Source: an uncultured Candidatus Saccharibacteria bacterium
GTDB taxonomy: Bacteria > Patescibacteriota > Minisyncoccia > UBA6257 > JAKLIH01
Direction of reading: 5' to 3'
DNA length: 40,023 bases
Assembly (NCBI GenBank): GCA_964350215.1
Contig: CAYGJE010000001.1
Location: forward strand, 1-40,023
Below, one piece after another: positions 10,145 to 18,469 of this stretch. The notes below the pieces were generated by a model. It did not search any database. It saw only the letters and a program-made list of their open reading frames with translations, and had not been told where the DNA came from. A program made the position numbers and the translations under genes. Numbering within the stretch: the first letter of the stretch is position 1; the number at the start of each line of letters is the position of its first letter.

Positions 10145-10792
10145 TTAAGCTTTTTTAAATGTTTTGAGAATGTTTTCTATGGAATTTTTTGTGATAAATA
10201 CTTGTTTGTATTTCAACAAAGTCACAAAGTCGATGGAGTTGTCTAATGTGACAAACATGTATGGTAAATTGCGGCTAGCTCTGATTAAATTTTTGTGGGC
10301 GCTATCAGCAATAACATATACTAATTTGTTTTCTTTTTTGAATTGACCCAAAAAGTTTTTCATTATTGAATTGACTTCTTTGGTTTTTTCTTCTTTGAGA
10401 TCAATCTTATCCACTATTACCAAATCATTGCTTCTGACTTTTTCGCTCAAAACCATAAACAATGCTTTTTGTTTGGCTTTCTGGTTGATTGATTTTTTCA
10501 ATGTTTGCTCGTTGTATCTTGGACCAAAAGTAATACCACCATGTCTTCAAATTGGAGATCTTGTGGACCCTGCTCTTGCTCTACCAGTACCTTTTTGCTT
10601 TCATGGTTTTTTGCCGCCACCAGAGACCTCTGATCGGTCTTTTGTGTGCGCCAAAGGTTGTCGGCGATTGCTAAGCATTGAAACATAGGTTTGATAAACT
10701 GTATCTGGATTTAGTTTTACATTAAAAACTTTATCGCTCACATCAATTTGATCAATAACTTCGTTTTTTTGATTTTTAACATCTAATTTCAT
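10145..10792 (-). CDS. rplD: 50S ribosomal protein L4 (215 aa, 2 in-frame TGA)
   Basis: [30 protein letters not shown]. Both TGA codons (10601, 10547) fall on invariant Trp residues of L4. Confidence 0.96.
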
Positions 10793-10797
10793 AATGA

Positions 10798-11418
10798 TTA
10801 TTTAGAAATAATTTTAAGAAGTGTTCCATGTCTGCCTGGCAATGCACCATTAATAAACAACAGACCATTTTCATTATCTATTCTAACTATTTTGAGTTCA
10901 AAGGCAGTAAAGGTGTCGCCGCCAGTTCTACCGGCCATGCGTTTACCTTTAGCAACTCTTTGAATACCAGTATCACCAATAGAACCTGGTTCTCTTAGGG
11001 CGTGCTTGGTACCATGAGTAGCTGATGCTCCTCGGAAGTGGTATCTTTTGACAACACCTTGAAAACCTTTGCCTTTGGTTTTACCTTGAACCTTTACCAT
11101 GTCACCTACCTTGAAGGCCTCCACTGTGATTTCGTCACCAACATTGTATTTGGTGATATCATCCACTGGAAACTCTCTAAGATATTTAAATTTCTGTGCT
11201 TTGTCGAGTAATCTTTTTTGAAGAGCTGCAAATACTGGCTTTGAAACGTTCTTTTTGGTTTTGTAGCCGCAAACAACAGCATCATAACCTTCTTGGTCTT
11301 TTGTTTTGATCTGAGTGATCACCATAGGACCAGCTTCCACAACAGTTACTGGGGTAAAGCCAATTTCCTCTCCTGGTAATTGGGTCATCTTTATTTTTTC
11401 TGCTAAAATAAATGGCAT
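10798..11418 (-). CDS. rplC: 50S ribosomal protein L3
   Basis: GKTKGKGFQGVVKRYHF.G..ATHG motif. Confidence 0.96.
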   Translation of the reverse strand: MPFILAEKIKMTQLPGEEIGFTPVTVVEAGPMVITQIKTKDQEGYDAVVCGYKTKKNVSKPVFAALQKRLLDKAQKFKYLREFPVDDITKYNVGDEITVEAFKVGDMVKVQGKTKGKGFQGVVKRYHFRGASATHGTKHALREPGSIGDTGIQRVAKGKRMAGRTGGDTFTAFELKIVRIDNENGLLFINGALPGRHGTLLKIISK

Positions 11419-11508
11419 GTTTAGGATTTATTTATTAGTTATTAGTTATTGGTGTTACTGATAAAGTGTATTGAAAATATTGATAAAAAATTTTCAAAAG
11501 TGCCATCA

Positions 11509-11537
11509 ACAAAAAACTGAGAAAACTCAGTTTTTTG
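11509..11537 (-). terminator. A/T-flanked hairpin between rpsJ and rplC (terminator or attenuator)
   Basis: AACTGAG-aaaa-CTCAGTT, flanked by an A-run and a T-run, 18 nt after the rpsJ TAG stop. Confidence 0.55.
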
Positions 11538-11554
11538 CCTTTGGAGTCAGTAAA

Positions 11555-11887
11555 CTAGGTCTTAATTTCTGCTTCAACGCCAGCTGGCAAGTTTAAGCTA
11601 GTTAAAGCTTCAATTGTTTTGCTGTTTGCGTTGTGAACATCAATAAGTCGTTTATGAACTCTTATTTCAAATTGTTCTTGGGATTTCTTTTTGACAAAAG
11701 TGGCGCGATTAACAGAGTATTTTTTGGTATCAGTAGGCAGTAAAACTGGCCCAATGATGCTTGCTCCGCTTCGCACAACAATATCAATGATTTGTTTGCA
11801 AGAATTGTCAATTAAGTGGTGATCATACGACTTTAATCTAATTCTTATTTTTGTTTTTTCTTTTTTGTCTAAGGTACTACTTGTCAT
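11555..11887 (-). CDS. rpsJ: 30S ribosomal protein S10
   Basis: KIRIRLKSYDHHLID and the ..F.K...EQFE.R.HKRLID.. motif. Confidence 0.96.
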   Translation of the reverse strand: MTSSTLDKKEKTKIRIRLKSYDHHLIDNSCKQIIDIVVRSGASIIGPVLLPTDTKKYSVNRATFVKKKSQEQFEIRVHKRLIDVHNANSKTIEALTSLNLPAGVEAEIKT

Positions 11888-11907
11888 TTTATGTTCTTAA
11901 TAGATTT

Positions 11908-13107
11908 TTAGGCAACAACTTTTGTGACAACACCTGCTCCGACGGTTTTGCCTCCTTCACGGATAGCAAATCTTTGTTTTTCTTCTAAAGCAACTGGAGC
12001 AATCAATTTGACTTTAAATGTGGCAGTATCGCCAGGCATAACCATTTGGACTCCTTCTGCCAAGGTAACTTCACCAGTTACATCGGAAGTAAGAATAAAG
12101 AATTGTGGCTTATAACCTGTGAAAAATGGAGTATGTCTTCCACCTTCGTCTTGTGATAACACATAGACCTCTGCTTCAAATTGGGTATGTGGAGTAATTG
12201 AACCTGGTTTGGCAACTACTTGTCCACGGCGAATGTCTTCTTTCTTGATACCACGTAACAACAAACCAACATTGTCACCTGCTTGAGCGTCTTCCATGCT
12301 CTTGTTGAACATTTCAACACCAGTGATAACAGTTTTGGCTGTTGGTTGGTAACCAACTAACTCTGCTTCGTCGTTGACTTTGATATAACCACGAGCAATT
12401 CTACCAGTAACAACAGTTCCACGACCTTCGATTGTAAAGATGTCTTCGATAGGCATTAAGTATGGTTTGTCTGTTTCTCTTTCTGGTGCTGGGAAATAGG
12501 TATCAATTGCATTTAATAAGTCCATAATTGGTTGAACAGCTGGATCTTCGAAGGTTGTAGCTTCGGTTGCTTTTAAGGCAGATCCGCGGATAATAGGAAT
12601 TTCATTGCCTGGGAATTCGTATTTTGACAATAATTCACGGATTTCAGCTTCCACCAAATCAACTAATTCGGCGTCTGAAACCATGTCAACTTTGTTTAAA
12701 AATACAACCATTGCTGGCACACCGACTTGTCTTGCAAGTAAAATGTGTTCTCTGGTTTGAGGCATAGGGCCATCAGCGGCAGAAACTACTAAAATAGCTC
12801 CGTCCATTTGTGCTGAACCGGTAATCATGTTTTTGATGTAATCAACGTGTCCTGGACAGTCAATATGTGCATAGTGACGATTGTCGGTTTCATATTCTGA
12901 GTGATGAACGTTAATAGTAATACCACGAGCCTTTTCTTCTGGGGCCTTGTCAATATCGTCTATTTGAGATGCCTTTTTAATCAAACCCTTCAAAAAGAGA
13001 GCGTTTGAAATAGCGGCGGTTAATGTTGTTTTACCGTGATCAACGTGACCAATAGTACCAACATTCATGTGTGGCTTAGAGCGCACAAATTTTTCTTTTT
13101 CTGCCAT
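11908..13107 (-). CDS. tuf: elongation factor Tu
   Basis: [19 protein letters not shown] and SAL G-motifs. 399 aa, TAA stop, 20 nt upstream of rpsJ. Confidence 0.98.
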   Translation of the reverse strand: MAEKEKFVRSKPHMNVGTIGHVDHGKTTLTAAISNALFLKGLIKKASQIDDIDKAPEEKARGITINVHHSEYETDNRHYAHIDCPGHVDYIKNMITGSAQMDGAILVVSAADGPMPQTREHILLARQVGVPAMVVFLNKVDMVSDAELVDLVEAEIRELLSKYEFPGNEIPIIRGSALKATEATTFEDPAVQPIMDLLNAIDTYFPAPERETDKPYLMPIEDIFTIEGRGTVVTGRIARGYIKVNDEAELVGYQPTAKTVITGVEMFNKSMEDAQAGDNVGLLLRGIKKEDIRRGQVVAKPGSITPHTQFEAEVYVLSQDEGGRHTPFFTGYKPQFFILTSDVTGEVTLAEGVQMVMPGDTATFKVKLIAPVALEEKQRFAIREGGKTVGAGVVTKVVA

Positions 13108-13194
13108 AATTTTTTTTTAATATTTTTTTATAAAAAATTGTTTAGTTGAAATACGTTTCAACCTTAATATTTGCTATTAAGTTTAAACATCACT

Positions 13195-13223
13195 ATATTA
13201 GCGAATTTTTTTGTAATTGTCAA
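13195..13223 (-). promoter_or_regulatory. tuf promoter GGGTATTGACA-17-TAATAT
   Basis: Minus strand reads TTGACA (13218-13223), a 17-nt spacer, then TAATAT (13195-13200). About 85-nt leader to the tuf ATG. Confidence 0.7.
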
Positions 13224-13284
13224 TACCCTGCTGAAGCAATCTTTTGATAAATATTTTGGTGATTTTATTGTTTGACTGAGGTGC

Positions 13285-13311
13285 CAAAAACTCAATATTT
13301 ATTGAGTTTTT
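13285..13311. terminator. bidirectional A/T-flanked hairpin
   Basis: AAAAA-CTCAAT-attt-ATTGAG-TTTT. Confidence 0.6.
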
Positions 13312-13320
13312 GGTGCTAAA

Positions 13321-13362
13321 AAAGAAAAAGGCACCCCGCACGGGTGCCTTTGTTTCGTTTTT
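13321..13362. terminator. GC-rich hairpin terminator after small CDS 13370..13534
   Basis: GGCACCC-cgcac-GGGTGCC, with an A-run on one side and a T-run on the other. Confidence 0.75.
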
Positions 13363-13369
13363 TGGAGAG

Positions 13370-13534
13370 CTAAGTTTCTCGCTTTCCTTCGTTGTTGAAA
13401 TTGGGGGCGGCCATTACTGGTGCATGCTCCCCTTTTTCTTTTCTGGTTTGAATACCTGCTTGACCAAAATACACGGTCAATCCAAAAAGAAAAAATACAA
13501 GAGCAAAAACACAAACTTTTTCTACCTTTTTCAT
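13370..13534 (-). CDS. 54-aa predicted secreted or membrane peptide
   Basis: Below the track size cutoff. GGAGGA lies 6 nt before the ATG. Sequence MKKVEKVCVFALVFFLFGLTVYFGQAGIQTRKEKGEHAPVMAAPNFNNEGKRET has a signal-like N-terminus. TAG stop, then a terminator. Confidence 0.5.
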   Translation of the reverse strand: MKKVEKVCVFALVFFLFGLTVYFGQAGIQTRKEKGEHAPVMAAPNFNNEGKRET

Positions 13535-13564
13535 TATATCCTCCAATTGTTTTATTTTGATAAC

Positions 13565-13593
13565 ATTATAACATATTTTTCTTGAAAATGCAA
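13565..13593 (-). promoter_or_regulatory. promoter ACACTTGCAT-17-TATAAT
   Basis: TTGCAT (13588-13593), 17-nt spacer, TATAAT (13565-13570). Confidence 0.65.
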
Positions 13594-13603
13594 GTGTTGC
13601 TGG

Positions 13604-14002
13604 CTAGTCAGCTAAGTCGCTAGGTGGGTCATAATTTTCACTTAAATACTCCCCTTCCTCCCCTTCTCTCCTGATTAGAATAAGAATATCGGAAAAACCA
13701 ATTTGTGAAAACTTTCTTTTGATATATTTTATTATACCGCTGCGAAAGTGGCTATAAAATATTGAATTTTGATTTTGAGATACAAATTTGACTACAGCAA
13801 CATCTTTTTTGGGACTATTGTTAAAAACCCCTTGTGAGGTCGCTTCATGATAAAACACCATAAAGGTTTTTATGTCTGCAATTGGGGACTGTGGTCTCTC
13901 AACCTTGCTGTTATATATTACTGTTTTTATGTATGAGACCACGCTTGCTACAAAACCCTCTTGTCTTTCGCCAAGTTTTGGCCCTGTTATTTCTATTATC
14001 AT
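13604..14002 (-). CDS. hypothetical protein (132 aa)
   Basis: Intact ORF with AAGGAG before the ATG and a TAG stop. No motif I recognise. Confidence 0.6.
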   Translation of the reverse strand: MIIEITGPKLGERQEGFVASVVSYIKTVIYNSKVERPQSPIADIKTFMVFYHEATSQGVFNNSPKKDVAVVKFVSQNQNSIFYSHFRSGIIKYIKRKFSQIGFSDILILIRREGEEGEYLSENYDPPSDLAD

Positions 14003-14040
14003 TTTTTTCTCCTTTCAAAGTACATTTTTATTTGTAAAAT

Positions 14041-14069
14041 ACTATATCATATTTTTGTTTTTTTAGCAA
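14041..14069 (-). promoter_or_regulatory. promoter GCGAACACTTGCTA-17-TATAGT
   Basis: TTGCTA (14064-14069), 17-nt spacer, TATAGT (14041-14046). Confidence 0.55.
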
Positions 14070-14080
14070 GTGTTCGCGTG

Positions 14081-14127
14081 AAAATAAAAAACGGTAGGAA
14101 TATCACATTCGTTTATATCCCTACCGT
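14081..14127 (-). terminator. intrinsic terminator after the ABC-F gene
   Basis: ACGGTAGG..ATAT/ATAT..CCTACCGT hairpin, followed by a T-run on the minus strand. Confidence 0.7.
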
Positions 14128-15806
14128 TATAACGCTTTAAATAATCGCTTCATTTCGTCTTGTACAGAAATAACATATTTTTCATAATCAGTTGCTGCTA
14201 GCAAACCATCTTTCATCATAAAAACATTATCTAAAGAAATCTGCTCAATGAAAAACCTGTCATGCGAAACAAGCAAAATCGTCCCTGTGTAAGTTTTGAG
14301 AACTTCTATTAATGCTTCGGATGCTTCAACATCTAAATGATTTGTTGGCTCGTCCAATATTAACACGTTTGCAGAAATGGCAGAAAAAAAAGCTAAAAGC
14401 AGCCTAGCCCTTCCTCCTGGACTAAGAGATCCAATTTGCTTAAAAGCTTCGGATTGCTCAAAGCCAAAATGAGAAAGTAGACAAAAAATTGCCGAATCGT
14501 CCTTTTGAGTGTTTTCTTTTATAAATTCAAAAAGATTTTTTTCTCTTGGCAAATTTTCATGCTCTTGCATTAAATTACCAATAACCAATGATTCGCCTAT
14601 TATTACCTCTCCCTGACTTGGTAGCATTTTCTTTGTAATCACCTTCAAAAACGTTGATTTACCTGATCCATTTATTCCTAAAATACCCACTCTCGCGCCA
14701 AAAGAAACTTCTAGTGAGATTGGCCCGATACTAAAATCTTTATATCCTGCTATTACATCTTTTAATTTGATGAAATGCTTACTTTCCGCTCCTGCAGGAG
14801 AAAGAACAATGGCAAATGGATTTCTTTGTTTCGGAACCTCAAGTTTTTCCATTTGTTCCAATCTTTTTTCAATAGCACTTCCTGACTTTAGCGATTTGGA
14901 GGCTCTATCACGAATTACTCCTCTTGAAAATTTATCATTGTCAGGCCTTGTTTGTGTCGCCCCTCTTAATCCCCAATCTTGCTTTTGGCGTATAGTTTTT
15001 TTTATCTTTTTGATCTCTTTTTGTTGCAATTCGTATTGATCCTTTTGTCTTTCTAACAATCTTTCTTTTTCATTAAGATACTCGCTATATTTGCCACTAA
15101 AAACATTTATAGATCTTGTAAACCAATCAATTTCAAATACTTTTCGGACTACTCTATCTAAAAATCTTCTGTCATGAGAAACTATTAAACATCCTATTTG
15201 GGAGCTTAGAATAAACTGCTCCAGCCAGATCAAAGAAGGCAGGTCTAAGTCATTAGTCGGCTCATCAAGCAGCAAAAAATCAACGCCTTTTAATAATATC
15301 GCGGTTAACGCCACCTTTCTTTTTTGACCACCGCTTAAACTGCATAACTGCCTTTCAATACCAATATCGCCTAGCCCAAAACCAGATAAGATAGTTTTCA
15401 TACGATGTTCAAAGCTATATCCTCCGAGATGTATGTATTTTTGCTGTATATCACAATATTCCTGTATGTTTTTGTTTTGACTCAATGTTTTTTCAAGCTC
15501 TGCCATCTTTTTTTCTATTTCTAATATCCCTGCAATTTTTTTAACATAATGAAAAATTGTTTCGAGGGAATCGCTGTCGCTCATGGCAATTTCTTGCGGA
15601 AGATAGCCAACGCAATCATTTTTTGATGTTATAACGCTTCCTTCGGTGGGATCTTCAAGACCCGCTACAATCTTAAGAAAAGTAGATTTACCTACACCAT
15701 TTGAGCCAACTAAGGCACATTTTTGCCCTTTTGCTATAGAAAAAGATATATCTGACAAAACATCTGTATCACAATAACTTTTTTTTATATTTTTTGCGAT
15801 TATCAT
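14127..15806 (-). CDS. ABC-F family ATPase (two ABC domains, no TM domain, 559 aa)
   Basis: Two Walker A motifs (GSNGVGKST, GINGSGKST), two signatures (LSGGQKRK, LSPGGRARL), two Walker B motifs (LLLDEPTNDLD, LILDEPTNHLD) and a charged inter-domain linker. AAGGAGG Shine-Dalgarno site. No TGA. Confidence 0.9.
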   Translation of the reverse strand: MIIAKNIKKSYCDTDVLSDISFSIAKGQKCALVGSNGVGKSTFLKIVAGLEDPTEGSVITSKNDCVGYLPQEIAMSDSDSLETIFHYVKKIAGILEIEKKMAELEKTLSQNKNIQEYCDIQQKYIHLGGYSFEHRMKTILSGFGLGDIGIERQLCSLSGGQKRKVALTAILLKGVDFLLLDEPTNDLDLPSLIWLEQFILSSQIGCLIVSHDRRFLDRVVRKVFEIDWFTRSINVFSGKYSEYLNEKERLLERQKDQYELQQKEIKKIKKTIRQKQDWGLRGATQTRPDNDKFSRGVIRDRASKSLKSGSAIEKRLEQMEKLEVPKQRNPFAIVLSPAGAESKHFIKLKDVIAGYKDFSIGPISLEVSFGARVGILGINGSGKSTFLKVITKKMLPSQGEVIIGESLVIGNLMQEHENLPREKNLFEFIKENTQKDDSAIFCLLSHFGFEQSEAFKQIGSLSPGGRARLLLAFFSAISANVLILDEPTNHLDVEASEALIEVLKTYTGTILLVSHDRFFIEQISLDNVFMMKDGLLAATDYEKYVISVQDEMKRLFKAL

Positions 15807-15843
15807 ATTTTTAACCTCCTTTTAAGATACAATGATTATTAAA

Positions 15844-15872
15844 AGCATACCATAAAATTAATAAATATGCAA
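15844..15872 (-). promoter_or_regulatory. candidate promoter TTGCAT-17-TATGCT for the ABC-F gene
   Basis: Hexamers read on the minus strand. The -10 is weak. Confidence 0.4.
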
Positions 15873-15879
15873 CCTGCAA

Positions 15880-16707
15880 TTAAGTTTTTAGTTTTTGGTA
15901 GTATGGGGCGTGATTGACTTCTTCTCTGCGGGAACCTCCATATTTAATAATTTTTTTAACGACTGGACCAATTAGCATTTTAGCCCTGTCAATATTTTTT
16001 TCAAAAATTTTTCTGGTTTTTTCAATATCTTTAAGCGACATTGTATTTCCGTATTTTTTAAGCCCGATATCATAATCTGTTATCATGGCAACTGAAGCAT
16101 ATTTTAAGCCTAATTCTTTAGCAAAATAACACTCTGGGTACTGCGTCATGTTCACCACATCTCATCCTTGTCTAATAAACCATTTGCTTTCTGCCACAGT
16201 ATTAAATCTAGGCCCCTGAATTACAGCAACCGTTCCCTTTTTATGCGCCTTTAAGCCAATTTTTAAAGACTCATCATATACTGTTTTTCTTAAAAATTCG
16301 CAATAAGGAACATCGGGAGATAGGTGAACAAAAGTGTTATCTTTTTTATGAATAATATTTCTTCCCCAAGTTAAGTCAACAAACTGATCTAAAATAACAA
16401 ATTCCCCCGGCTTAATTTTAACATTTAAACTGCCCGCGGCACAAAAAGCTACAATATATTCTACGCCTAGCTTTTTTAAAGCCACTAAATTGGCCTTATA
16501 GGGAATTCTGTCTGGTGATAAAAAATGATTGTGACCGTGTCTTGGTAAAAATAAAATCTCGTGGCCAACGTACTCGCCATAAATTATTTTGTCAGATGGT
16601 TTTCCGTATTTTGTCATTATATCTATTTTTCTAGTTTTTTTCATTTCTGGAAATTCACAAAACCCAGATCCACCTATAATTGCTATTTTAATTTTATTTT
16701 TTGGCAT
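15880..16707 (-). CDS. mtnP: purine nucleoside / 5'-methylthioadenosine (5'-deoxyadenosine) phosphorylase family (275 aa, 1 in-frame TGA)
   Basis: IAIIGGSG, LPRHG..H and ..DVVNMT..PE..LA.E.G..YA..A..TDYD motifs. ORFs 16162..16707 and 15880..16158 are joined by TGA 16162-16164. Confidence 0.85.
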
Positions 16708-18091
16708 TTATGTTTTTTAAAATATCTGGATAACTCCAAACAAAATAATTAAAGACCTTTTTTGTAAAAATGCATTGTTCGTCATCTTTAGAAATGCTTT
16801 GTTTCGAAAATTTTCTTTTTTTGTCATAATCTCAAATACATTTGCCCCCGCAAATGCTAATGGCTTCACATTTTAAGCATTTAGAGTTGTAAAGCGGTAT
16901 TAAATTTTTGTATTTAACTTTAGTGGTGTTTAATTTGCTTTTTAAGACTGCGAGGCAATCCTTTAAATTCCCTATATTATATTTGTGGCTTCAAGGGCAA
17001 AAACCCACTTCTCCATTTGGTTGCACAACCACATGACTTCCGAAACCACCACAATCTAGACGCGGCAGTTCTTTTAACTTAAACAAATTCTTTTTTTTCT
17101 CAATTTGGCACTCCAAAACCCCAATTTTTTGAGATAGTTTTCAAAAATCAATCATAAATTTTACAGCTCATTTTTGATATTTTGAAATTGAATCAACGGA
17201 AAAAAATTGCTTTATAAATTCTGACTGATCCCCTCTAAGAAGATTTATTCCTAACATTTTAATGCCATATTTTTTAAGGAAACCACAGAAATTAATAACT
17301 AACTTTCTGTTTCATTTGTGCGGTATAGCCATCATGGAGACATATGTCAACACCTTATGTTTTTTTAATAACATTATATTTTTAAAAACATCATCAAATG
17401 TCCCTCTTTTTTTATCATTAATACGGTATTGATCATTAAATTTAGCAACCCCGTCTAATGCCACAGTTACTGCAACATTGTATTTTTTAAGCATTTTAAT
17501 AATTCTTTCATTTAATAATGATCCATTAGTATCCGCCATTACCTGCAAATTTTTCTTCGGCAACTTGCCTGTTTGTTTAAGCTTTTCTATATATGATAAT
17601 ACCCACTCCAATGTCTTAATATTTAAAAAAGGCTCTCCCCCGTAGAGTATTATGGCATATTGCTTTGATGCGTCATGTTTGCCAATTAATCTTTGCCAAA
17701 CATCTATTCCTTTCTTGGCAGTTGCTGTTGACATTAACTGCTCGTCTTTAGAATCTTTGGAAGAACAAGAAAAAGGGCAATAACTGCATTTAAAATTGCA
17801 ACTACGCGTTAATACCAAGTAAAGCGTGTCTATCTCATAATTTATTTTGCTTTGCAATTTTTTAATTTCCTTTTTTTCATCTTGCAAATTGTCAACTATT
17901 AATTTTCGTCTTATCAGTTTTTTAATAATTTTATGATTTGCGCTTTTATTTAAAACAAACAAATTGCTCCACTCTTTTTTCTGCAAATAAATTATTTCTG
18001 GATGTAATCTATGAAAAACAGCAATTTTGTTTTTTTTCAAACTGGTTGATAAAAATTTGGAAAATAAAATATTACTGCCCTTTTTGTTCAT
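16694..18091 (-). CDS. radical SAM enzyme with full SPASM domain and about 95-aa N-terminal extension (465 aa, 5 in-frame TGA)
   Basis: CNFKCSYC (CX3CX2C). Hand translation past TGA 17312 gives CGGFGSHVVVQPNGEVGFC and CLKCEAISICGGKC (CX2CX5CX3C). The TAA at 16694 overlaps the mtnP start by 14 nt. Confidence 0.85.
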
Positions 18092-18124
18092 GATAATTCT
18101 GTCTTATAAAATTTTACGACAATC

Positions 18125-18319
18125 TTATTTGTTGCCTCCTCGCTTAACAACAGCTGAAACCAAATCTTTCCATTGTTGCAATGTCATTTTTACGGTATTA
18201 TTGAAATCATCTCTAACAAACACTTCGTCGCCCTTGTATTCTACGGTTGGACAACATCCTCTGACGCCGCATCCTTTAATAATTATGCTTTTGGGCTCAT
18301 TAATTTTTTTCGATGGCAT
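18125..18319 (-). CDS. 64-aa Cys-rich small protein, DUF397-like pattern. Candidate substrate or partner of the radical SAM enzyme
   Basis: KGCGVRGCCPTVEY..VFVRDDFNNTVKMTLQQWKDLVSAVVKRG resembles the DUF397 pattern C-VEV..v.vRDS....l.ft..eW..F...vk.G. Lies 33 nt upstream of the rSAM gene. Confidence 0.6.
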   Translation of the reverse strand: MPSKKINEPKSIIIKGCGVRGCCPTVEYKGDEVFVRDDFNNTVKMTLQQWKDLVSAVVKRGGNK

Positions 18320-18423
18320 AATATATAATGTTAATAAAATTATTAAAAAATATTTCGACCTTTAAAAAATCTGCTATAATTTTAAATTAATTATCATTAT
18401 TTTATGTCTCCTTATGTAATTTT

Positions 18424-18452
18424 ATTGTAATATATTTTTCTTAAAAATGCAA
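18424..18452 (-). promoter_or_regulatory. promoter GCGAACACTTGCAT-17-TACAAT for the small-protein/rSAM/mtnP operon
   Basis: TTGCAT (18447-18452), 17-nt spacer, TACAAT (18424-18429). Confidence 0.6.
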
Positions 18453-18469
18453 GTGTTCGCAAAAAATAA

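Noticed and set aside
13299-13585. Track ORFs 13299..13514 (-) and 13310..13585 (+).
   Set aside because: Both run through two terminator hairpins. A different-frame, SD-led 54-aa ORF (13370..13534) explains the region better.
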